A stretch of DNA of 64,000 nt, taken from contig JAETPW010000008.1 of the NCBI GenBank assembly GCA_021771025.1, positions 355-64,354 of the forward strand, read 5' to 3'. The notes under the pieces were generated by a model, which searched no databases, was not told the DNA's origin, and was given only the letters and a program-made list of their open reading frames with translations. Origin of the DNA: Clostridiaceae bacterium. GTDB taxonomy: Bacteria; Bacillota; Clostridia; TANB77; CAG-508. Made by a program: the position numbers and the translations under genes. Shown in pieces: positions 35,214-44,093 of the stretch. Within the stretch, counting starts at the first letter, position 1. Every line of letters begins with the position of its first letter.

Positions 35214-36908
35214 TTATTTACTACATAAAATATACAGTAATAATTTTGCCCTTGATATAGCTACATAATTTAATATGTTTGTGTTTATATTATCCTCTTT
35301 GTTATCTACATCGCATAGTATGACGATTTTTGCTTCTAACCCTTTAAAACTATGTATTGTTGAAAATGTTATGCAGTCTCCTCTTTCTTTTTCTTTATAC
35401 TCTATGATATTTTTTACTTTTGCTATTTCACTTAAAAAATTATTTCCTTTAAATACACTATCTTCATAACTATGTTTTGATAATATGGTAATATCACTGT
35501 CTTGTATGCCATTCATTTTTAGTCTTTTTACTATTTTTTTTATTTCTCTTCTTTGTGAAGCTTCATCATTATAGGTTATGATTTCTACTTCTTCTCCTAT
35601 TGCTTCGTTATTTATACTTTGCATAATACCTGTTATTTTTTGATTTGTAATTGAAATTTGCTTGGTATTTCTGCAATTTTTAGTTAATTTTGTTATACTT
35701 GGTCTTATCTCTTCTAATAATAATTCAAATAACTCATTAAATTCAGTATTGTAGATATTTTGATTTTCATCTAAAGCCATATACCAATTTCCATGTTTAA
35801 TTCCTTTTTCTAAAATTTTATCTAGACATTCTATATACTGCATTTTAATTAGATCTTGTGCTTCATCTATTACCATTGCTTCATAGGGTTCTATATTTGT
35901 ATTGAGGAAGTCTTTTGGTAATGTACTCTCGAAGAATTCTTTTGTATTTTGTGCTCTATACTCAGTATTTTCTTTTTTAACTTGTTCTAACAGATATGCA
36001 TGCAAATTGATTATTTTTATGTTTCTTTTTATTTCTTCATTTTCTTCTTTTAATCTATTATTTAAATGTTTGCTTAGTGTTTTATTATAACAGATAAATA
36101 TTACTTTTTTTCCTAATGCAGCTAATTTTAACGTTTGCTCGTATAGTAATACCGTTTTTCCTGTTCCTCCTGTCCCTTTAATAACTACTCTTTTATTATC
36201 TTCCATCGATTCTAAGATTTGTTTTTGTTCTTCAGTTAATTTGATTAATATTTTTTCAGTTTCCTTTAAGTCTGATGATAGGCTTTGTGAATAACCAAAA
36301 TCACCTCTTATTATGGTTAGTATTTTACTTATATTTGAATGAGTTAGTAATATTTTTGTTTTATGATACTTTTCAAAAAATTTGCTTTTATGATAATCAA
36401 AGATTTCATCAATTATGGTTTTTATTTCTTTATTTTCTAATTTAGGTCTATCTATTGTTATTTTTTCTTCTACATCTATCCCCTGCCAATTAAATTCTAT
36501 ATCGGGAAACGCTACTGCATAGGCAAATTGTATTGTTCCTATATTGATGGTATCATTTTTTATCTTTTTTTTCATATATTCTATTAAGGAATACATATTT
36601 TTACTTACTTGTTCATATGGTCCTTCTATTTTTTTGTATTGTTTTTCTTGTCTATCAGTAAATATCCATATTCCTTCTCTTCTTTCGACTCTCCCCCCTT
36701 TAACTTCAATACATAAAATTCCTTTGGGGCATAGGATGACAAAATCAATTTCTCCTTCTACTTTTTCTATATGTTCTAACATATTTAATGAGTGCATTAC
36801 GATATACTCATCAGGCAGATTTTTTAATCGTTCAAATATTTTTTTCTCCCCTGTGCTACTGTCTTTTGCTATTTGATTTGGTATCATTTTAGCCATATTT
36901 CCTATCAC
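35214..36908 (-). CDS. NERD-domain nuclease fused to an SF1 (UvrD/AAA_30-like) helicase
   Basis: It has an N-terminal NERD-like region (GEIDFVILCPKGILCIEVKGG), Walker A (GTGGTGKT), VIDEAQD and a C-terminal UvrD_C-like region (TIHSFKGLEAKIVIL...ISRAK). The stop lies 17 nt from the methyltransferase start. Confidence 0.7.
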   Translation of the reverse strand: MIGNMAKMIPNQIAKDSSTGEKKIFERLKNLPDEYIVMHSLNMLEHIEKVEGEIDFVILCPKGILCIEVKGGRVERREGIWIFTDRQEKQYKKIEGPYEQVSKNMYSLIEYMKKKIKNDTINIGTIQFAYAVAFPDIEFNWQGIDVEEKITIDRPKLENKEIKTIIDEIFDYHKSKFFEKYHKTKILLTHSNISKILTIIRGDFGYSQSLSSDLKETEKILIKLTEEQKQILESMEDNKRVVIKGTGGTGKTVLLYEQTLKLAALGKKVIFICYNKTLSKHLNNRLKEENEEIKRNIKIINLHAYLLEQVKKENTEYRAQNTKEFFESTLPKDFLNTNIEPYEAMVIDEAQDLIKMQYIECLDKILEKGIKHGNWYMALDENQNIYNTEFNELFELLLEEIRPSITKLTKNCRNTKQISITNQKITGIMQSINNEAIGEEVEIITYNDEASQRREIKKIVKRLKMNGIQDSDITILSKHSYEDSVFKGNNFLSEIAKVKNIIEYKEKERGDCITFSTIHSFKGLEAKIVILCDVDNKEDNINTNILNYVAISRAKLLLYILCSK

Positions 36909-36932
36909 ATGTTAGCTTTCAAAGCCAACATA

Positions 36933-37016
36933 TTTCCCCTTTCTTCATATTAGTAAACTTTGAAATCTTTTTTAGAATGGATGGGTGATAATTATTTTTC
37001 ATCCTTTTGCTATAGA
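36933..37016 (-). repeat. Conserved leader element, copy upstream of the NERD-helicase gene
   Basis: About 70 percent identical over 84 nt to 38893-38976, and about 80 percent over the central 50 nt, including taaactttgaaa and gtgataatta. Confidence 0.75.
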
Positions 37017-37115
37017 TTGACTTTTGGCTAATCTACTTTTCTTTTCTTGCTATTTGTTTTAAGGCTTATTTAATTTAGACATTTTCATTTTTTATTCTTT
37101 ATTCATATAGTCTAT

Positions 37116-38882
37116 TTATCTTTTTTCATTTTCATAGAATTCATTAAAAAAACCAATTTCTAGATTGTCTAGTTTTCCTCTTATTGCTGCTCTGTCTAGC
37201 AAAATATTTCTTAATTCACAGCTTGTTTCTGGTATAAGTAGGCAAGCATGACAAGCAGCTAAATTTAAGTTTTTATATCCAGATTGTTCCCTTTCTATAC
37301 ATAATGGATCTGTAGAACACCAAGCTATATTTTCTATGGTTTTTTCTAATATTTTTCTAAAATTTTGCGTTCTTCCTTGTTTTACTAGTCCTCCTAAGCT
37401 ACCATCTGCATCGCTTGATGTTGTATAAATCAATATTCCTGCCATATCAATCGTTCCTTCTTCAAAGGTGGTATAGATTCTCTCTTTTAAGGCGGCTGAG
37501 GAATATCCACATTCAAATGTTAGTTGCCTGATGATGGCATGAGCCAGTGTATGTAATAATATTGTTCTTGGTGCTATTGTCTTTTTTAATCCTTTTAAAT
37601 ATCCTTCTTCTTTTCTTTTTATTATTGAATGATATCTATTGATTACTTGCGATTTATTTTCCCATTTTTGTATTTCTTCTTCATTGAATTCTATAAATAT
37701 ACCTTCCCCTTTTTGGTTTACTCCTGGTAACCATTTTTGATTTATTTTATCGGTTAGTCTTGTGTAGGTATTGCTGTCTGTTAGATCATATTCTGGATTT
37801 ATTCTTTTGAATCCGACTTCTACAATTGTTTCTGTCATTTTTTTGATAAGCATTATTTTACTGATATATTTGTTTATAAATTCTGGTACTACTTCTTCTT
37901 TTGTGATAAATTCGCCTTCATTAGTTTCATTGGCTAATGCTCTATATTCATCTTCTAATAATTCATGATAAGTTAAATCATCTCTATTTTTTTCCTCGAA
38001 AACTGCATCTATGTTTTTCATTGCCATGTCTGTTGTCAGATTATATAGTCTTACTAATCTTTTTATTAGCGGTTTCTTTAATTCTTCTTTTGTCTCATAA
38101 TCTTCTTTGTTGTTTTGGTAGAATTCTTCAATTTCTTGGCTTATTATTTTGCTCCATGGTGGTATTAAGATAGAACTTATTGTTATGGGAAAATACACAG
38201 ATGAAGAAGATCTTTGTAGGGTTGTAGCCCATTCATTACATTCCTCTTGTTTGTCTCCTAACCAAGGTATATCTCCTTGGCATTTAATTACATTTTGGTT
38301 AAATGCTTGCCCCATATTTCTTTTTTTTCCACATTTACATTGTATCACAATGGATTTTAGATCACCTGTTTTTCCAGTATCATAAATTATCATTTTTTGA
38401 CGGCAATCTGTTGCTCCTTCATGTACCCATTCACGATACGGGAAGTCAGATATATGCCCTTTTTCACAGGCTACTACAAATCTTGATGGTATTACTTCTT
38501 TTGCCTTACAAATTTCACTATTGCACACTATTTTTTTCTGGTATAAATCAAATTCTGTATATGGTGCTAATTTTTGACATATTGGACAATAGTACCATTT
38601 AGGAAATCGATAGGCTTCAATATCCTTTGAATAATTCTTATTTTTTTGGTCTTTAGCAAAGGGAGGCATTAAAAAATATTCTTTTCCTAATAAATTTTCT
38701 AATCTAATATTATGTATTTTTAATTCTTCTTTTTTACCATATGTTTCCCATGAGTCTATTCCTGAGATAATCACTGATGCTTCTTTTAAATCAACTATCG
38801 CTCCTGCTCCCATTGTTGTGATTAACTGATTTCTTCTCAGATCCCCTTTTATGTTACCTTCTTGTTTTCTTTCTATTTCCAT
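37116..38882 (-). CDS. DUF1998-type zinc-binding protein (DrmB-like)
   Basis: 588 aa with multiple Cys pairs (CPICQK, CNSEICK, CKCGKK) and the C-terminus AACHACLLIPETSCELRNILLDRA, which is typical of DUF1998. It lies immediately downstream of a large DEXH helicase. Confidence 0.65.
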   Translation of the reverse strand: MEIERKQEGNIKGDLRRNQLITTMGAGAIVDLKEASVIISGIDSWETYGKKEELKIHNIRLENLLGKEYFLMPPFAKDQKNKNYSKDIEAYRFPKWYYCPICQKLAPYTEFDLYQKKIVCNSEICKAKEVIPSRFVVACEKGHISDFPYREWVHEGATDCRQKMIIYDTGKTGDLKSIVIQCKCGKKRNMGQAFNQNVIKCQGDIPWLGDKQEECNEWATTLQRSSSSVYFPITISSILIPPWSKIISQEIEEFYQNNKEDYETKEELKKPLIKRLVRLYNLTTDMAMKNIDAVFEEKNRDDLTYHELLEDEYRALANETNEGEFITKEEVVPEFINKYISKIMLIKKMTETIVEVGFKRINPEYDLTDSNTYTRLTDKINQKWLPGVNQKGEGIFIEFNEEEIQKWENKSQVINRYHSIIKRKEEGYLKGLKKTIAPRTILLHTLAHAIIRQLTFECGYSSAALKERIYTTFEEGTIDMAGILIYTTSSDADGSLGGLVKQGRTQNFRKILEKTIENIAWCSTDPLCIEREQSGYKNLNLAACHACLLIPETSCELRNILLDRAAIRGKLDNLEIGFFNEFYENEKR

Positions 38883-38892
38883 TTTTTAAGCC

Positions 38893-38976
38893 TTTCCCCT
38901 TTTCATCGTATTATAAACTTTGAAAGCTTACCTAGACTGGGTGAGTGATAATTAGTTTTGCACCTTATTACTATAG
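38893..38976 (-). repeat. Conserved leader element, copy upstream of the DrmB-like gene
   Basis: See 36933-37016. The element ends 10 nt before the ATG and contributes its AAGGGGA SD. Confidence 0.75.
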
Positions 38977-39052
38977 GCTAGCTTTCTAAGCGGTCTTTGT
39001 TATCTTTCTAACATGAATCTCTTTTATCTAATCTAATAGCTAGAACTTTTTC

Positions 39053-42000
39053 TTATTCTACCACAAATATATTGGATGTTGTATCTACATTTCTCATTGA
39101 GTTTAATGTGATAAATCCATTTGTACTATTTTCGTTTTCGTCTGTACGTATTAACAAATGCTTTTCCCCATTTGATGAATACGAGTAGGTTAGATTTTCT
39201 CCATCTGTTATTTGTTCCCATTTTTCTATTATTTTTTCTAAATCTTTTTTTGCTTGTTCTGTTTCTTCTTTATCTACTATTTCAATTCTTTTTAGTATTC
39301 TATCTGCTAATGTATATATTTCTTCTATCTTTTCTTTAATTTTTCCAGCGCCTTTTTCTTCTTTCATTTCTGGTATAAACTGTCTGGCTAGGCTAATGAG
39401 TATAGCATGCAATGCTTTATCTCTTGCCATACTGGAAAAAGGTGTTACACTTGTTGCTTCAACGTATTTGTATATATTAGAATGATACGTTATAAATTGT
39501 TCATAATGTGATTTATCTCTTGATTTTGTTGCATTATATAAATTTATCACTATTGATGGTGTTTTTCTTCCTACTCTACTAGATGCTTGTATGTATTCTG
39601 AATTTAATTTAGGTTGTCCATTAATAATCATTACATTTAATCGATCAATATCTATTCCCACTGAAATCATATTTGTTGCTAATACATAATCTTGAGCTCC
39701 TCTTTGTGGATAAGACGTTTCTAATGTATGTAATATTTCATCAATTTCGCCTTTACCTGTATTTCTACTGGTTATCTCTTTCATTTTATCAAAATAGTGT
39801 GTTCTCATTCTATCAGATGACATTATATTTTTAAATTTCTTTGTACATAAATATTTATACCTATCAACAACGTCATTTCTAATTTGTACTACTGCTCCTC
39901 CTAATTCACGTATACTGTTAAAATATCCTACTTCTGTCCAAAAGCTATCTACTACTTTTTCTGAATATCCTTTCTCTTTAAGGTATCTTGTAGCATAAAA
40001 TATTGCTGCATATACCCTTATTAGTAAGGTAACTGGTGATATATTGGTCGATATAGTACCGATATACATTCTTGTGGCTTTTTGTTTTTTATTACCTTCT
40101 TCTGCAAAAAATGAATTGGTAATGTCTTTTATTTGTGTTGGAAATATATTACTTTTACGTGCATAGAGAGATTTTATTTGTTCATCAGCATTTCTGATTG
40201 TTGCTGTTGAGGCTATTATTTTGGGTCTTATCCCTTTGCTTGAACAATATTCATCCACAATTGTTTCATATAGGCCTGATATTGTTCCTAATGGTCCAGC
40301 AATGAGGTGTAATTCATCTTGGATAATTAATTCTGGTGGTAATATTTTTTCATTGTCTAAGCCAAATAGTTTTCCTACTTCTGCTAACCATGGAATTCTT
40401 GCATATTTATCAATTGTACTAATTAGTAATGTAGGTCTTCTTTTATAAATTTCTTCGTCAATTAGATAGATTGGTAGGTATCGCTGTATTTCACATTTGC
40501 CACATCTTATGCCTATTCTATCTTGCTGATTTAAGTCATATTGATCTGGTTTTATTGTTTCCCCACACCATGGGCATCTTTTTATTAAACATGGAGTATT
40601 TTTGTTTCTAAATTTTTTATCTATATAATCTTTTATTTGCCTTTTTCCATTTTCTAGTCGAGTTTCTGTATTTTCTCCTACCCATAGTCCTATAGATATT
40701 TCTTCTTTCCCTAATTTTTCTTCATTTTGTTGTCTTAATAATTCACAGGAACATATTAATGTGGCTGCTCTTTCAAATTGTTGTAAAGTTAATAGTCTTA
40801 ACGTGTATCTCATAATGGCTACTGTTCCTATCTCGCTATTTCCTTTTTGAGTTTGCTCTATTTTTCTTAAAAATATGGTAAACGCTAACACTCCTAAATA
40901 AGCCTCTGTTTTTCCTCCTCCTGTAGGAAACCATAATAAATCCACTATATCTCTATTAGGATCATTTTTGTCAATGATTCCATCTAGGGTTAATAAAATA
41001 AAGGCAAGTTGAAAAGGATACCATTTAGGTGTATCATTTGCTTTCTTCTTTTTGTTCATTTGCCTTAACATGGCTTTGTTCATCAGTTGGAAGGCTTGAA
41101 AAGCTTCTTCTTTTTGATGTAATCTATTAATCGTATTAATGATTCTTTGGTTTACTTGTTTTGCTTTTTGTATATTCTTTTTTAGTATCTCTTTTTCTTT
41201 TTCTGAAAGAGTATCGTCTTTTTCTTGTTCCTTTAACCATTTTTCATATTCTTCTGGAAATTTTTTTAATTCTTTGTAGATCGTGTCTCTATTGCTAATA
41301 GCTAAAAATTCCATTTCTCGATATTGGTTTGTTTGTGTTGTTGTGGGGATCATTTGATTCATTGTATATTCTGGTATTACTTCAGTCCATATTCTATTCG
41401 TTTCTCTTCCTTTTCTTTCCCACATAACCGCTGTATTATTTCCAACAGCTAAATTCGTTTTATTTTTATATAATAAATTTAAGTTTTGTAATTCATCATC
41501 ATCTATTTCACTTACTTTTATTTGTTTTTCAATAAATATATTTGTTCCATCAAGAGAAGCTATTTCCATTTTTACTTGCAAAAATGATTTGTTGCAAATA
41601 GAAGTTGGACTTTCTTCTTTTTCAGCTATATATTTATTGATTAATGATATGGTAGCTGTTTTAGTATGGTCAGTAAAAACTTTGTAGGTAGTTATTCTTA
41701 TTTCCAGTCCTTCATTTACTTTTATTTTACTTCCATTTTTTATCTCTACTTCTTGTTGCCATTCTTTTGGGATTCTTTTCCATTTTCCTTTTTCTTGTTT
41801 GAAATATTGTGCATAAGTTATCTTTATGATTAATTTTTCTATGTTATTTTTTATGTTACAAGATATACCTATAGATGCCTGCCTTTCTGTACTTTCTATG
41901 TTTACACTATCGTTTTCTTTTGCATCATCTTTATTTTCAAGGTTTTCGAATGTTTCATTATTATATTGGCTTACTCCCTGTGGGTACAAAATTCCTAAGC

Positions 42001-42115
42001 TATACGTTTTTATAGGGAGTTCATTTTCAATTATTTCTTCTTCTTCGACTGGGCCAACTAGTTCTTTTTTTAGTAGTTCATATATTTCTTCTCTTGCTCT
42101 GTCATATTCTTCCAT
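39053..42115 (-). CDS. Large DEXH-box helicase (DrmA-like)
   Basis: 1020 aa. It has motif I (FPTGGGKTEAYL), motif II (IIQDELHLI), motif III (STATI) and motif VI (QASSRVGR). The first ~380 aa are unassigned. Its SD lies inside the end of the upstream gene. Confidence 0.7.
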   Translation of the reverse strand: MEEYDRAREEIYELLKKELVGPVEEEEIIENELPIKTYSLGILYPQGVSQYNNETFENLENKDDAKENDSVNIESTERQASIGISCNIKNNIEKLIIKITYAQYFKQEKGKWKRIPKEWQQEVEIKNGSKIKVNEGLEIRITTYKVFTDHTKTATISLINKYIAEKEESPTSICNKSFLQVKMEIASLDGTNIFIEKQIKVSEIDDDELQNLNLLYKNKTNLAVGNNTAVMWERKGRETNRIWTEVIPEYTMNQMIPTTTQTNQYREMEFLAISNRDTIYKELKKFPEEYEKWLKEQEKDDTLSEKEKEILKKNIQKAKQVNQRIINTINRLHQKEEAFQAFQLMNKAMLRQMNKKKKANDTPKWYPFQLAFILLTLDGIIDKNDPNRDIVDLLWFPTGGGKTEAYLGVLAFTIFLRKIEQTQKGNSEIGTVAIMRYTLRLLTLQQFERAATLICSCELLRQQNEEKLGKEEISIGLWVGENTETRLENGKRQIKDYIDKKFRNKNTPCLIKRCPWCGETIKPDQYDLNQQDRIGIRCGKCEIQRYLPIYLIDEEIYKRRPTLLISTIDKYARIPWLAEVGKLFGLDNEKILPPELIIQDELHLIAGPLGTISGLYETIVDEYCSSKGIRPKIIASTATIRNADEQIKSLYARKSNIFPTQIKDITNSFFAEEGNKKQKATRMYIGTISTNISPVTLLIRVYAAIFYATRYLKEKGYSEKVVDSFWTEVGYFNSIRELGGAVVQIRNDVVDRYKYLCTKKFKNIMSSDRMRTHYFDKMKEITSRNTGKGEIDEILHTLETSYPQRGAQDYVLATNMISVGIDIDRLNVMIINGQPKLNSEYIQASSRVGRKTPSIVINLYNATKSRDKSHYEQFITYHSNIYKYVEATSVTPFSSMARDKALHAILISLARQFIPEMKEEKGAGKIKEKIEEIYTLADRILKRIEIVDKEETEQAKKDLEKIIEKWEQITDGENLTYSYSSNGEKHLLIRTDENENSTNGFITLNSMRNVDTTSNIFVVE

Positions 42116-42126
42116 TTTATACTCTC

Positions 42127-43972
42127 CTAATCTTTATTCCATATTAGCTCTCCAAACCCCTCTAGTTCTATTCCTATCCACATTCCTGTTTTAGCGTATA
42201 TGTTTTGTATTTCACTCGGAATAAACTCTTGAAACATTGCCATTGTTGTGGTTCGTTTTATTTTTACTTGTGAATATATTTTGGGTTTAAAGCTCATTTC
42301 TTTTACTTTGTTTAACTCTTTTTGAGCCTTTTCGTATAAATCTTCTATATTCATTTTTCCTATTTTTCTTTTGTTATGATAGATATAATATTGATCCTCT
42401 TCTAGCACTAAATCTACATAATCTCCTTTTTGTACATAATTTTTAAGATATTCTATATTTTCTGTTGCATTTCCAACAATTTTGTCATTGATAAAACTGG
42501 TTGTATCTATGTCTTTTTCTAATCCAATTTCTATTTTTCTAATACTTTTATCCGTCTGCCCTTTTTTCTTTTTCTTGTAAGTATATTCTATATATCTTTC
42601 TTCTTGTAGTATTCGCCTATAATTTCTTTTTTGATTATTATTTTCAAAACTAATTTTATAACAATTTTTCTTTGCTCTTGTTATGGCTACATATAATAAT
42701 TTAGCATAATCGGTAATAATTTCATTATCTCTTCTTTCTTCTATTTCTTTATCTAAATAGGCATTTTCAAATTCTTTTCCCTTGGCTTTGTGTATCGTAG
42801 ATATTACTACTTTTTCATTTTCGTCGCTATTTTTCATTTCCATGTTATCTGAAATTATGATATTTTTGTGCATTTCTTCAATGTCCAAAATTTCTTCTTT
42901 TCCCTTTTCTATTTCTTTGCAATAGTTCCAATAACTATCTATTTTTTCTTGTTCTGTTATCTGTAGTTTGTGAAACACTTTGTTTTCAAAATCTTTTTTT
43001 CCTATTATACTTTTTTCATGATCACTGAATAGATAACCAATCCAACTTGGATAGTTGATGTACTTTTCTGTATTTAATAAATTATGTTTTATGTTTATGC
43101 TTCTTGATATTTCATATGCTTTCCCATTTCTTCTGGTTAAAATTATTCCTTCTTCTATGTCTTCTACTTTTCTAGTTGTGATATTGGTTAATATTTGTTG
43201 AATGAGATAATCCATCATTTTTTCGTCTTTGGATTCTATAGCTGATCTTAGCAATACTGCTTTTTGATCTAATATTGGAGTTAATCTTTTTTGTTCTTTA
43301 TATTTTATTTTTGTTGCTTCACTAAATAATGCCTCTAATATAGAATAAAATTTTTTGGATGACATTTTTTCTGATTGATAGTCATATATTGCTTGGCAGT
43401 TATCTCCTAATAAGGTAAATCCTGCATTATATATATTCAAAATCGTTAATACTAATTCTGCTCTTATCCCGTACAATATCCTGTACTTCGTCTATTATAA
43501 TGTGTTTCATCTTTTTTATTGAATTTTGCAAATTTTGATTATTTTTTATTAACTGCAATACATATTCAATTCTTGTTTCATAGGTTGTATTATTGAAAAT
43601 TTTTTTATAATTTTCTGTTTCTATTTCTTTGATAACCCATGAACAGAATGAGTCTATTGTTCTTATCGTAATTTTCTTTTTTTGTTCTTCTCCTATTTTT
43701 AATTTGCATTTTATTTGTTGTACTGCACTTCTTGAAAAACAAATTACTAATATTTCTTCTAATGGTGCAATTGAGTTTTCTACTATATACTCTATTTTTT
43801 TACGTACTGTATATGTTTTTCCTGTTCCTGGCGGAGCATTGACAATAATTTGTTCATGGATATTTGCTTTTATTACTTTTTCTTGTTCTTTATTTGCTTC
43901 TTCCATTTTCTCTTTCTTTTCTCTTTTTTTCATTATTGTATCATATTGTTTCTTTTTTCTCAACCAATTCAT
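42127..43972 (-). pseudogene. UvrD/Rep-like SF1 helicase interrupted by a 1-nt frame disruption at ~43468-43474
   Basis: The N-terminal ORF carries NAPPGTGKTYTV and IIIDEVQDI. The C-terminal ORF continues with the expected FTLLGDNCQAIYDYQ, TIHKAKGKEFE and VAITRAKK. The frames switch within gtacggg. Confidence 0.7.
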
Positions 43973-44035
43973 GTCATATTTTTGGGTTTTCTGTCAAAAA
44001 AAGTTACCGTTCATAGTTTGCTGAAAATGGTAACT

Positions 44036-44066
44036 AAAAAGTACTGATTAAGTTTCAGTACTTTTT
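44036..44066 (-). terminator. Bidirectional terminator after the GmrSD-like gene
   Basis: aaaaa-agtactga-ttaagtt-tcagtact-tttt. Confidence 0.6.
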
Positions 44067-44093
44067 ATCTTTCTTTTTAAATTGTGCTTTTTA

